Shown: piece by piece, positions 39,562 through 48,618 of the stretch
Numbering within the stretch: the first letter of the stretch is position 1
Layout of the letters: each line of letters starts with the position of its first letter
Assembly (NCBI GenBank): GCA_031268655.1
Contig: JAIRWX010000021.1
Location: 4,303 to 68,302 of the forward strand
DNA: 64,000 bases
Reading direction: 5' to 3'
Source: Helicobacteraceae bacterium
GTDB lineage: Bacteria > Campylobacterota > Campylobacteria > Campylobacterales > SZUA-545
Translations under genes and position numbers: made by a program
Notes under the pieces: model-generated
The model's input: the letters and a program-made list of their open reading frames with translations, nothing else
Told to the model about the DNA's origin: nothing
Database searches by the model: none

Positions 39562-42500
39562 TCAGTTCCTTTGACTCGATATAAACATTCTCGTAAAACT
39601 CGGAGCCAACGGCGGTCTTTCGCGCAAGCCGAATAGTTTAACGACGCCGACGCTTCCTATCGCTCCCATCGCTCCTCGCCTAGGGTTATAGCTTATGTTC
39701 CCGTCCTCGTCCGTTTCAAACCCGGTCATACTTCCCAATATCGCCCCGCCGATATGCGGACTAGAATAAAGCGTCGTTCCCTCTTTTACCGCCTTCTCTT
39801 GACTTCTCGCCGCGCCCGCTGTAAAATTCTTCTTCTGAACCCCAAGCGGAAGAGCTTTTATGGTATCGATCCGCTTCCCTTGTTCCGCAGGGGCTTGCGC
39901 ATCGCCGATTGTCTGCGCATAGGGGTTCTTTTTATTCCTCGCGTCTTGATACGCGGTCAACAGCCAAGCGTCCCTTTCGTTTCGCTCCAAAGCTATAATC
40001 GCCGTCGTTTTTGTATCGACCAGCGCGATCTTGCCGCCTTGGCTTCGCGTCGGATCAACCGCGCTATTCGCTATCGTTTCGGGCAGCTTTCTAAGAAACT
40101 CCGTCGTCTTTGCCATATCGCCCTTATATTCCGAGCGCCGCTTTTCGATAATATGCGCCAAGCCGTAACCATTCGCTCCCTCTTTTCCCCAAACAAGATC
40201 GATATAGCCCGTTTCGGGGCGATAAAACGCGCCGCTTACTTCGCCCTTTCCAGCCTTAAGCATAAAATCTATTGAAAAGCGTCCCAGCCGTAAACGTTTA
40301 GATTTAAGACGATTGGTTAATCTTTCGGCTAACTCCGGATCGCCGTTCTCCGCGATTATCTCTTTAATATGCGTTTCAGTATTCGCAACGTCGTCTTTAA
40401 GCTGTCCTATCGTCTCTTTATCGATATAGAGCGGATCGGCTTTTATCCTTCTTGCCATCTCCGCTCTATCGACGCTTCCCTCGCGTTGCATAAGAGAGTC
40501 AAGCATAATAACGCCGTCGTCGCGTATTACTTCGTAATGACCCCTAAATCTTTCGTCCTCGATTAGTTCGGGATTCTTCTTGAATATCTCGTCCGTCTGT
40601 TTCGCCGTCCGCTTAGAGGCTAAACGGCTCTCTATATCCGCTTTGGTTAAGCCGTTGAGCTTAACGTCGTAAAAGTTCGTTTTGTTGTAACGTTTGCTGG
40701 TATGATGCCATTCTTTCATATCTAACGTTAATTGTTTCAGCAAGGGCGTGGGAAGTTTTTCAAGATCGGCTATTTCAATATCGGTATCTTCCGCGTCTTT
40801 TAATACCTCTTTCGCCCTATCTAATATATCTTTCCGCGTCCATTTAGAAAGAGGTTTTTTACCTTCGCCGTAAGCGGCGAGCGCGTTATTACTCATAGAG
40901 TAGTCGGGGCTGTAACCCGCTTTGATAATATCCGCGCCTCGCTCTTGTAAGTTAGCCGCCTTGTTAAAGCGCGTATTTGCTCTTGACGTTTGCGCGCCGA
41001 TCGGCGCTCCCTCTTTGGATAAACGAAACAGCTTAGGCGCATATGATACGCCAATCGCTCCAGCCAGCCCTTTCGCGGGGTTATAACGCAAAGCGCCCTC
41101 GTCGTCCGTTTCAAATCCCAAGCCAGAGCCGACTATCGCCCTAGCGGTTAGAGGATTAACAAAGCCTTTTCTCGCTTCCAACTCCGCCTCGCGCCGTTTA
41201 ATTATCCGCTCGATAACGCGGGCGTTAGGATACGGAGAGGTATTGCCCTCGAATAGCTCCGCCGCTTCTTGCGCGATATTAACGATTTCGCCGTCGTCTC
41301 TGTAATGCATCTCTTTCAAAGCGCGGTTAATCGCCGCGCTATCGCCCTCTTTTATATGCTCGATTATCTTGTCGTAGGCGTTGGGAGCGCCGCGTTTATC
41401 CGCCAGCTTTTGTATTTGTTCCGTAAAAGGCAGGGCGGCTTTATATATCAGCGTCTGTTCGGCTATCATTCGATCGTTGAGAGAAATAGACCCCGACGCG
41501 ATCGCCTCTTTGAACCTCTTTTGATTATCCAATCCCGCGAGCCGTATCAGTTTAACGTCCGAATCAAACTGCGCCGCTTCTTGAGTTAGTTTCTCATTTT
41601 GCGACGGCTCGCCCGCCTTTGCCGCCCCGTCCTTTTCGCGCAAATCTCTCGCCACCGCCTCGTCTATCTCTTGACTTCTCGCTCCCTCTTGCGCTATAGT
41701 TTCATTTCGGGCGGTCTGCGAGAGAGCTTGGTCATCTCGCGGGGCAACGGCGTTAGTGTCGATCCTCTTAACGCCGCCGTCTGTTTTATCAAACGCCGTT
41801 AAAAGCCACGTTTTTTTATCGCCCTTAAAATTAAGCTGAACGACCGCCCTATACCTATCATTCTGCAACACGACTCTATTATCCGTTACGCTTGTTATAG
41901 GCAGTTCGTTGATGATCTCCAGCTTATCCAGCATTTCGGGGTGAAACCGCTCTAGTTTCGCTATGCCCCAGCCGTCGCTATGCCCCGTTCCCGCTTCGCC
42001 CCACACAAGATCGATCTCGCCTATACGCCCGTCGCGCAGCGCGGCGGGCGCTTCGCCCTCCCGCGTTTGCAGCAGATGCGCCACAGCTTCGTTGGGTCTG
42101 CCCTCGAAGCCGCGCCAGATAGTTCCAAACGCCCCTTTTTCAGCGTCGGTCGTCTCGGCGCGGGGCGCGTTCATTCCCCGCTCCGCGTTCGCCGCGTCGT
42201 CTATCGCCCTTACTTTATTTGCAAGCTCCGCCAGCGCGATACTATCCCGCTCGCCGTAAAACTCCAGCGCCGCGTCGATACGATCAAACGGCGCGATCTG
42301 CTCTCCGAATAGGCTGCCCTGCCTGCTCTCGTCCGCCGCCTCGATAATCCTCTCTATGCCGCGTCCAAAATCCTCTACGCCGCCGTCTTTTAATCCGTTC
42401 AGCCGACGAAGCGCGACTCCCAGAATATCAGCCGCGAATTCGTCGCGTCCAATGATATTACCTTCTATGTCTTTTCCGTTGTAAGAGTCGATTAGCTCGT

Positions 42501-42666
42501 TGTATTCGGCGATAATCTCGTTGACGTTTTTGCGGGCGTTAGCTCCAGCCGTATTCATTCTATCCAGAGCCGTCGGCAGTATCGGGGTTATATCTATGTC
42601 GGCGTTCTCCGTCCGCTCCGCCATCTTGCGCAGGTTGAACAATTTGTGCGCGTTGCGGTTGATCAT
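39562..42666 (-). CDS. Giant multidomain protein of the phage/ICE polyvalent-protein type, internally duplicated
   Basis: 1034-aa uninterrupted ORF. It carries two copies of an IDLVWG...G(W/Y)G(I/L)A...WLLTA(F/Y) module (aa 178-296 and 806-908). It carries two copies of GFETD(D/E)xG..YNP..G..GAIG.....KLF (aa 512-547 and 973-1012). A SMSNNALAAYGEGKKPLSKW segment is also present. Confidence 0.55.
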   Translation of the reverse strand: MINRNAHKLFNLRKMAERTENADIDITPILPTALDRMNTAGANARKNVNEIIAEYNELIDSYNGKDIEGNIIGRDEFAADILGVALRRLNGLKDGGVEDFGRGIERIIEAADESRQGSLFGEQIAPFDRIDAALEFYGERDSIALAELANKVRAIDDAANAERGMNAPRAETTDAEKGAFGTIWRGFEGRPNEAVAHLLQTREGEAPAALRDGRIGEIDLVWGEAGTGHSDGWGIAKLERFHPEMLDKLEIINELPITSVTDNRVVLQNDRYRAVVQLNFKGDKKTWLLTAFDKTDGGVKRIDTNAVAPRDDQALSQTARNETIAQEGARSQEIDEAVARDLREKDGAAKAGEPSQNEKLTQEAAQFDSDVKLIRLAGLDNQKRFKEAIASGSISLNDRMIAEQTLIYKAALPFTEQIQKLADKRGAPNAYDKIIEHIKEGDSAAINRALKEMHYRDDGEIVNIAQEAAELFEGNTSPYPNARVIERIIKRREAELEARKGFVNPLTARAIVGSGLGFETDDEGALRYNPAKGLAGAIGVSYAPKLFRLSKEGAPIGAQTSRANTRFNKAANLQERGADIIKAGYSPDYSMSNNALAAYGEGKKPLSKWTRKDILDRAKEVLKDAEDTDIEIADLEKLPTPLLKQLTLDMKEWHHTSKRYNKTNFYDVKLNGLTKADIESRLASKRTAKQTDEIFKKNPELIEDERFRGHYEVIRDDGVIMLDSLMQREGSVDRAEMARRIKADPLYIDKETIGQLKDDVANTETHIKEIIAENGDPELAERLTNRLKSKRLRLGRFSIDFMLKAGKGEVSGAFYRPETGYIDLVWGKEGANGYGLAHIIEKRRSEYKGDMAKTTEFLRKLPETIANSAVDPTRSQGGKIALVDTKTTAIIALERNERDAWLLTAYQDARNKKNPYAQTIGDAQAPAEQGKRIDTIKALPLGVQKKNFTAGAARSQEKAVKEGTTLYSSPHIGGAILGSMTGFETDEDGNISYNPRRGAMGAIGSVGVVKLFGLRERPPLAPSFTRMFISSQRN

Positions 42667-42780
42667 CAGTTTGAAGTCCTGATTTAACGGGTTGTCGCGG
42701 ACAAAGCGATCTAGGGCGGGGGCGACTTTACGATCGCAAAGCCTAGTCGTAAATCAGGTTTGATAAAATCGGCGCGACCG

Positions 42781-44457
42781 TTATAGTTCCGTTTTCAAAA
42801 CCGCGCCGCAACTCGCATTGCTTACAAGCAGGCTGTAACGCTTAAGCCAGCTTGATTCGATAGGCTTTTTTAGCGGAACAAATCGCGCTCGACGCTTTGT
42901 GATCTCCTCGTCGCTCAAGTTTGCTTTGATAATGTTTTGATTGACGTTGATATAGATTTCGTCGCCGTCTTGCAACAGGGCGATCAGTCCGCCCTCGGCG
43001 GCTTCGGGCGAAATATGTCCGATTGCGGCGCCGCGAGTAGCGCCAGAAAATCTGCCGTCGGTAATCAACGCCACTTTGTCGCCAAGTCCCATTCCCATAA
43101 TAAGGCTTGTCGGCGACAGCATCTCTTGCATTCCAGGTCCGCCTTTTGGACCCTCGTAGCGCACAACCACGACGTTGCCCGCTCCTACCCTGCCCCGCGA
43201 AATTCCGTCGCTCGCCTCCGCTTCGGAGTTGAAACAGATCGCCGCGCCCGTAAATTCGCGCATTTTTGGATCGATCGCCGCCGTTTTAGCCACCGCGCCC
43301 TGTTCGGCGAGATTGCCAAATAAAATCGCTAGTCCGCCGACGGGCGAATAGGGATTATCCAGCGCGCGAATCACGTTCGGATCTTTCACAACTTTGCTCT
43401 TAATTCTTTCGCCCAGCGTCCCGCCTTCGATCGTAAGCGCGTCTAAGCGCAAGAAACCCAGATTGGATATTTCGTTCATAATCGCGCTAACTCCGCCTGC
43501 GTTGTGAACGTCCTCCATATGCACGCTGCTTAACGACGGCGCAATCTTGGCGATATGCGCCGTCTGTTTGCCGATCTCGTTGATCTTGCTAAGATCAAAA
43601 TCTACGCCCGCCTCGCGCGCGATCGCCAGCATATGCAAAACTGTGTTTGTGCTGCCGCCCATCGCCATATCTACGACGAATGCGTTATGAACGGCTTTTT
43701 CGGTTACAATCTCGCGGATTTTCGGCGCGCCCTCTTTTGCCATCCGCGCGATTCGCCGCGCCGCCTCGCGTAGCAGCGCCTCGCGTTCTTTCGTGAGCGC
43801 CAAAATCGTGCCGTTGCCGTCAAGGGCTACGCCCATCGCCTCGCACAAAGTATTCATGCTATTGGCGGTGAACATTCCGCTACAGCTGCCCCCGCTCGGA
43901 CAAGCGCGACACTCTATGTCTTTTAGCTCCTCGTCGCCGATCAACCCAAGCGTTTTTTTGCCCACCGCCTCAAATACGGAGTTGAGATCGATCGCCGTCC
44001 CGTCTTTAAGTCTGCCCGCTTTCATCGGACCGCCCGAAATAAAAACCGTCGGAACATTTACGCGCAACGCGCCCATAAGCATTCCGGGAACAATCTTGTC
44101 GCAGTTTGGAATGCAAAGAAGAGCGTCGAATTGGTGCGCGTTCATCATCGTCTCGACCGAGTCGGCGATCAGTTCGCGGCTTGGCAGCGAGTAGCGCATT
44201 CCGTCGTGAGCCATAGCGATGCCGTCGTCAACGCCGATCGTGTTAAACTCGAACGCGACGCAGCCAGCCTTTTCAATCTCTTCTCGCGCGATCTTAGAGT
44301 ACTCGCGCAGGAAAAAATGACCCGGAATAATATCCACCACGCTGTTTGCTATGCCGATAAACGGCTTGTCAAAATCCTCGTCCTTCAGTCCCGTCGCCCG
44401 CAAAAGCGCGCGATGCGGCGCTCTCTCGTAGCCTTTTTTGATAATATCGCTTCGCAT
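42781..44457 (-). CDS. ilvD: Dihydroxy-acid dehydratase
   Basis: IlvD/Edd signatures ([20 protein letters not shown]-type region as [14 protein letters not shown]). The start is taken at [11 protein letters not shown]. Confidence 0.95.
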   Translation of the reverse strand: MRSDIIKKGYERAPHRALLRATGLKDEDFDKPFIGIANSVVDIIPGHFFLREYSKIAREEIEKAGCVAFEFNTIGVDDGIAMAHDGMRYSLPSRELIADSVETMMNAHQFDALLCIPNCDKIVPGMLMGALRVNVPTVFISGGPMKAGRLKDGTAIDLNSVFEAVGKKTLGLIGDEELKDIECRACPSGGSCSGMFTANSMNTLCEAMGVALDGNGTILALTKEREALLREAARRIARMAKEGAPKIREIVTEKAVHNAFVVDMAMGGSTNTVLHMLAIAREAGVDFDLSKINEIGKQTAHIAKIAPSLSSVHMEDVHNAGGVSAIMNEISNLGFLRLDALTIEGGTLGERIKSKVVKDPNVIRALDNPYSPVGGLAILFGNLAEQGAVAKTAAIDPKMREFTGAAICFNSEAEASDGISRGRVGAGNVVVVRYEGPKGGPGMQEMLSPTSLIMGMGLGDKVALITDGRFSGATRGAAIGHISPEAAEGGLIALLQDGDEIYINVNQNIIKANLSDEEITKRRARFVPLKKPIESSWLKRYSLLVSNASCGAVLKTEL

Positions 44458-44545
44458 AGAACAACCTCGTTTTGATTTACGCGGCAAATTATAGCCTTGC
44501 CTTAGTAACGGCGCGTTATGCGAAGTTGTATTTTTAATGTTGCTT

Positions 44546-44554
44546 TGCTACAAT
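44546..44554 (+). promoter_or_regulatory. Extended -10 box TGCTACAAT upstream of the tRNA cluster
   Basis: The box lies 51 nt upstream of tRNA-Gly. It is the same 9-mer as upstream of the helicase and PDZ genes. Confidence 0.4.
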
Positions 44555-44605
44555 TTCGCCTTTGCGACGAAGGTTTGACAGCTAAAGAATCTTCGTGGCG
44601 ACCAC

Positions 44606-44680
44606 GCGGGAATAGCTCAGGGGTAGAGCACAACCTTGCCAAGGTTGGGGTCGCGAGTTCGAATCTCGTTTCCCGCTCCA
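44606..44680 (+). tRNA. tRNA-Gly (GCC)
   Basis: Cloverleaf readable by eye: acceptor gcgggaa/ttcccgc, anticodon loop ttGCCaa, T-loop ggttcgaatc-like, encoded CCA. Confidence 0.9.
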
Positions 44681-44805
44681 ACGTAAACCGCGAAAGCGGG
44701 TAGCTTTGATTGCATTTGCGGCGTTGTTCCCAAGCTATTTGAGCGCGCCGACTAACCTATCCGCGCCGCGAGTAACTTAAGAATTAAAGCCTAGCGGACA
44801 AAAGC

Positions 44806-44893
44806 GCCCGAGTGGTGAAACGGTAGACACACAGGACTTAAAATCCTGAGGACGAATGCGTCCGTGCCGGTTCAAGTCCGGCCTCGGGCACCA
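44806..44893 (+). tRNA. tRNA-Leu (UAA)
   Basis: Acceptor gcccgag/ctcgggc, anticodon loop ctTAAaa, long variable arm, encoded CCA. Confidence 0.9.
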
Positions 44894-44938
44894 GACCTTT
44901 TACAATTGGAGGTTGTTCGTAACGCGCTAGACGTTTGC

Positions 44939-45012
44939 GGCGGCGTGGCCAAGCGGTAAGGCAAGAGCCTGCAAAGCTCTGACCCCCGGTTCGAATCCGG
45001 GCGCCGCCTCCA
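44939..45012 (+). tRNA. tRNA-Cys (GCA)
   Basis: Acceptor ggcggcg/cgccgcc, anticodon loop ctGCAaa, T-arm ccggttcgaatccgg, encoded CCA. Confidence 0.9.
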
Positions 45013-45104
45013 AATATTGTTTAACGCTCAAGTCCGCAGAACTTCGTTCTCGCCCCAATCGATTCGCCGTTAGCGACTTGGCGACAACGTTTGTTTAAGC
45101 GATT

Positions 45105-45194
45105 GGACAGATGGCCGAGCGGTTGAAGGCGCACGCCTGGAACGCGTGTATAGGATAAAACCTATCGAGGGTTCGAATCCCTCTCTGTCCGCCA
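45105..45194 (+). tRNA. tRNA-Ser (GGA)
   Basis: Acceptor ggacaga/tctgtcc, anticodon loop ctGGAac, long variable arm, encoded CCA. Confidence 0.85.
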
Positions 45195-45297
45195 CGGCTG
45201 AGACTTCCGCAAAAATATCGCCCGTTAAGTATCGCCTGACAATTCGCTAACCAATCTAACTGCGTCGATCATAATGCTTATATTTCATATTTTGAAG

Positions 45298-46293
45298 CTA
45301 AACTTGCGACGAAAACGGCAGAGTTTGAACGAAGTTTGTCATAAAATCCCAATCGGGCTGGCGGTTTTTGGTGGGAAGTTTTAGAAACGATACTTTCATA
45401 CGGTTGCTGTCCCATTTGCGACCATAATTAAAACGATATTTTTCTTTACGAATAATGACTGCCAAAAACAGAGCAATACTTGGTACAAGCTTGAATTTTG
45501 GATAAAGCACATTTATATCATCAGAAGCATAAAATGGTTTTGGTTGGTAAAATGCTTCGCCAACAGAGCCGTTATAACTAACTGTGATTGTGTTCCCTTC
45601 GTGAATTGCGTCTTGTCCAATGTGATCGCGATAGCCGTTATTTTTATCTATGGCGGCAACGAATGGCGTGTCGCCTTGTTCAAAATCGGCTTCTACAAGA
45701 CGCTTGCCTTTTTTGACTTCAAAAAGCTCATCAAATCGGTATGTTGCCCACTCGGCAGTTTTTAATTCTGGCGTTGGTAAGTTTTGAGCTGGTTTTGTGA
45801 TTTTCGCTATCGTCTCAATATTTACTACTTGCTTCCATTCGTTTGGCATTAACGCTGGTACGAGAACCTTTTTTATACGGTCGCCTTTTGGCTTGCGATT
45901 GTAATTAAAACGGTATCTGTTTTTAGTAATGCAAAATGCGTAATAAAGTTTTTCTTCAATGGACATTTTTTGTTTTGGAAGTAAAACATAAATATCGCTA
46001 TTTGGCACAAATACCTCAGTGGAAACATAAGAGAAAGTGTGACTGCCTTGTCCATTAGTAGAAACATAAATTGTATCTGCTGGAAAAATATATTTGTCGT
46101 CAATAAAACGCTTATCAACAAACGCATCTATTGAAGTGTTTTGTTTGTGTGAAGGACGAATAAAATGTATATGGTTTTCTGATATTTTGGAATGTTCGCG
46201 TTCAACAGAATTAGACGCAATGCCCGACTTGAAGTTAAACAATTTTTGCAATTCTATTAGTTGCGTATTACTCATAATTGCCATGCGTCTCAT
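45298..46293 (-). CDS. Restriction-modification specificity subunit (two half-TRDs, BcgIB-like size)
   Basis: 331 aa with an internal duplication: KNRYRFNYNRKPKGDRIKKVLVP versus KEKYRFNYGRKWDSNRMKVSFLKLP. It overlaps the upstream methylase-nuclease gene. The real start may be MSNTQL at 46275. Confidence 0.75.
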   Translation of the reverse strand: MRRMAIMSNTQLIELQKLFNFKSGIASNSVEREHSKISENHIHFIRPSHKQNTSIDAFVDKRFIDDKYIFPADTIYVSTNGQGSHTFSYVSTEVFVPNSDIYVLLPKQKMSIEEKLYYAFCITKNRYRFNYNRKPKGDRIKKVLVPALMPNEWKQVVNIETIAKITKPAQNLPTPELKTAEWATYRFDELFEVKKGKRLVEADFEQGDTPFVAAIDKNNGYRDHIGQDAIHEGNTITVSYNGSVGEAFYQPKPFYASDDINVLYPKFKLVPSIALFLAVIIRKEKYRFNYGRKWDSNRMKVSFLKLPTKNRQPDWDFMTNFVQTLPFSSQV

Positions 46294-48133
46294 CTAAACC
46301 GCTAACCTTGAAAACAACAAATTTTTTTACTGCTTTAGCAAAATCATCGATCGTCAAATTGCTATAATCGGTTTCCATATAGGCTTCAGCGCACCATTCG
46401 TTATTGGCGGTTACATTTTTTAACACCGACAAGCCGGCGATATCTTTGTGATTGCGATAATTGGTAATCCATTGGCGTTTGATTTCGTTTTCAAATTTTC
46501 CGAATAGGTCAATACGTCCTTTGTTTTTACGCTTCACAAAGCCGTCGTTTTTATAGTAGCCAAAATAGACTTCTTTGTCGGCGGGGTGCGGACGCTTGGC
46601 GGTGAAAACTATAATACAACTAACGACGCCGACTTTGGAATTGAAAAACAACTCGTCGGGCATTGAAAAGACGGCTTCCAGCGTGTGATTTTTCAAAATC
46701 TTTTTCTTATATTCCCAAACTTTGCCGCTCGTTGCTAGGGCTTCTTGCATTGGCACAATGGCAACGCACTTTCCGCCTTGCGTTAAGCATTCCAAGTTAG
46801 CGAGAATAAACTCATATTCGTCCGTATCAGTTTTCTTATCTGCTTTGTATGGCGGATTAAGCAAACCGACATTAGGGTTTTGTTTTTTTACGGCAGATTT
46901 TATTTCATCATCGAAACAATCGCCCAAATAAATGTTGGTCTTACCATCTTGGTGTATGAACATATTTGAACAAGCAAGCGCAAAAATTTTATCGGAGTAT
47001 TCCACGCCGATAAGTTGATTTTGCTTGACGTTTTTAATTTTTTCGCTATCGCCTTTGGCGTCTTTAATCATTAAATTCATCGCCGATACCAAAAAACCGC
47101 CCGTGCCGGTGCAGTTGTCATAAACAATACTATCTTTATTAACTTCGGCGACTTCCGCCATAAACTCGGTGATATGCGGCGGAGTTAAAACAATTCCCAA
47201 ACCCTTATCGGAATTTGCATAGCGCAAAAACTCAATATAAAGCTGCCCCAAAACGTCAAAATATTCATGCGTTTTTATAAAATCTTTAATATTATCGTTA
47301 ATGTCGGCGATCACTTCTTTAAGCGCATCCTTTTTATTTGAAAGCGTAGAGTTTGTTTTTAAAAACGAAAAGCGCGCGTCTAAAACTTCAAGTTTTCTAT
47401 CGCCGACTTTACCATTTTCAAATTCGTTATGAACAGTTTTGACAAGATATTCTGCAAGTTGTTTTGCTTCTTTATAACTCGCGTAGGTTTTTACAAATCC
47501 TTCGTTTTCCAAAGCAATTAAAACGCAACTGATTAACAGCGCGCGCTCGTCTTCGGCAATTTTCCAGCTATGTAATTTTTCGTTAAGCGTTTTGGAAAAT
47601 ACCATTAAAGTTTGATAATCTTGACGGAACTTTTCGGGGCTTTTGATATAACCGTCGTATAAATCGCTTAGCGACAGAAGTTTGTCGGCGAAAATTGGCG
47701 TGGCGGTTTGTTCGCCTTTTAATTGGAGAAAATAGGAAACCTTGAGGGTTTGCGGGGTTTCGCCGCTTACGGCAATAGAGAGTACATCGTAATTTTTTGA
47801 GAGAAATGAACTATAAAGTTTTACGCCGTCCGCCGCGTAATCGTCGTATTGATCGCCAGTTTTGCTTTCATGATATTTAGTATCGGCTTTGCACTCGACG
47901 GCGACGATAAAATCAGAGTTTTTGCGAGATTGAATAATAAAATCGGGGCGACCCTTGCCGGAACCGTCTTTTTTGGAAGCCCCCGCAAGCGATTTTTTGA
48001 TTTTCTCGTTTTGGCTAGTTTGGCGTTCATAAATATAATCATGCAAATTAGCGCCGAGAGCTATGGCATCAGCGTGGTTTTTGACAAAATCTTCAAAGAT
48101 CGTTTCAGTATTAGCTTCATTCTTTGTAGACAT
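46268..48133 (-). CDS. Fused PD-(D/E)xK endonuclease / gamma-class N6-adenine methyltransferase (BcgIA-like RM subunit)
   Basis: The N-terminus has GRPDFII...VAVECKAD (a PD...ExK motif). SAM motif I is VYDNCTGTGGFLV and the catalytic motif is LLNPPYK. At 621 aa it has no TRD of its own. Confidence 0.8.
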   Translation of the reverse strand: MSTKNEANTETIFEDFVKNHADAIALGANLHDYIYERQTSQNEKIKKSLAGASKKDGSGKGRPDFIIQSRKNSDFIVAVECKADTKYHESKTGDQYDDYAADGVKLYSSFLSKNYDVLSIAVSGETPQTLKVSYFLQLKGEQTATPIFADKLLSLSDLYDGYIKSPEKFRQDYQTLMVFSKTLNEKLHSWKIAEDERALLISCVLIALENEGFVKTYASYKEAKQLAEYLVKTVHNEFENGKVGDRKLEVLDARFSFLKTNSTLSNKKDALKEVIADINDNIKDFIKTHEYFDVLGQLYIEFLRYANSDKGLGIVLTPPHITEFMAEVAEVNKDSIVYDNCTGTGGFLVSAMNLMIKDAKGDSEKIKNVKQNQLIGVEYSDKIFALACSNMFIHQDGKTNIYLGDCFDDEIKSAVKKQNPNVGLLNPPYKADKKTDTDEYEFILANLECLTQGGKCVAIVPMQEALATSGKVWEYKKKILKNHTLEAVFSMPDELFFNSKVGVVSCIIVFTAKRPHPADKEVYFGYYKNDGFVKRKNKGRIDLFGKFENEIKRQWITNYRNHKDIAGLSVLKNVTANNEWCAEAYMETDYSNLTIDDFAKAVKKFVVFKVSGLDETHGNYE

Positions 48134-48399
48134 ACTTAAAATTATATCACACTATATTTATCAGTTTCATCTCTGTTTTTACGGGCTTCGCCATCAGTCT
48201 GTTCGCAATTTTCAAAAGCTGAAAGACTGCGTTCAAAGGACGTTATCAGGCTCGCGTCGCCTTTTGTGGTCGAGGGAGCGATCATATCTTTTGCCGTCGC
48301 AAGACGAGCGCGGCGCGCCTAACAATTATCGCGCTAGCGCTAAAATGATTTGAGCGGTTTTCAAAAATCGCGCCATATCGTCAAATATTGGGTTTTACG

Positions 48400-48488
48400 C
48401 GGGCAGGTGGCAGAGCGGTTGAACGCATCGGTCTTGAAAACCGACGAGGGCAAAACCTCCGTGGGTTCGAATCCCACCCTGCCCGCCA
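48400..48488 (+). tRNA. tRNA-Ser (UGA)
   Basis: Acceptor gggcagg/cctgccc, anticodon loop ctTGAaa, long variable arm, T-arm gtgggttcgaatcccac, encoded CCA. Confidence 0.85.
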
Positions 48489-48618
48489 AACTACTCGCGT
48501 ATAAGCGCCCGTCCCGCCTTGAACGAAGCCTCATGCTCCCGCGAAATACAAGAAACGACGCGATCATTCCAAACGAACGACGTCCGTTAGCGTTGATCGT
48601 TATTTTTTGAGCGACGGG

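Larger units (their letters stand above)
39055..42780. mobile_element. Probable decayed phage/ICE remnant (giant polyvalent-like ORF plus portal-like stub)
   Basis: Two non-housekeeping ORFs lie between the core genes thioesterase and ilvD. GC is mosaic (about 35% to 65% per 60-nt line). A gene-fragment duplicate sits at the left edge. No integrase is present. Confidence 0.4.
45195..48399. mobile_element. AT-rich genomic islet carrying a Type IIB-like RM system, bracketed by two tRNA-Ser genes
   Basis: GC falls to about 32-35% in sampled lines, against mid-50s in the flanks. GATC and GCGATCGC enrichment is absent. No integrase or clear direct repeats were seen. Confidence 0.5.

Noticed and set aside
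45195-45297. Flanking direct repeats for the Type IIB islet (caaaaatatcgcc at about 45210 versus caaaaatcgcgcc at about 48361).
   Set aside because: The match is only about 11 of 13 nt, interrupted, and made of common words. That is not convincing as att sites without a statistical or comparative check.
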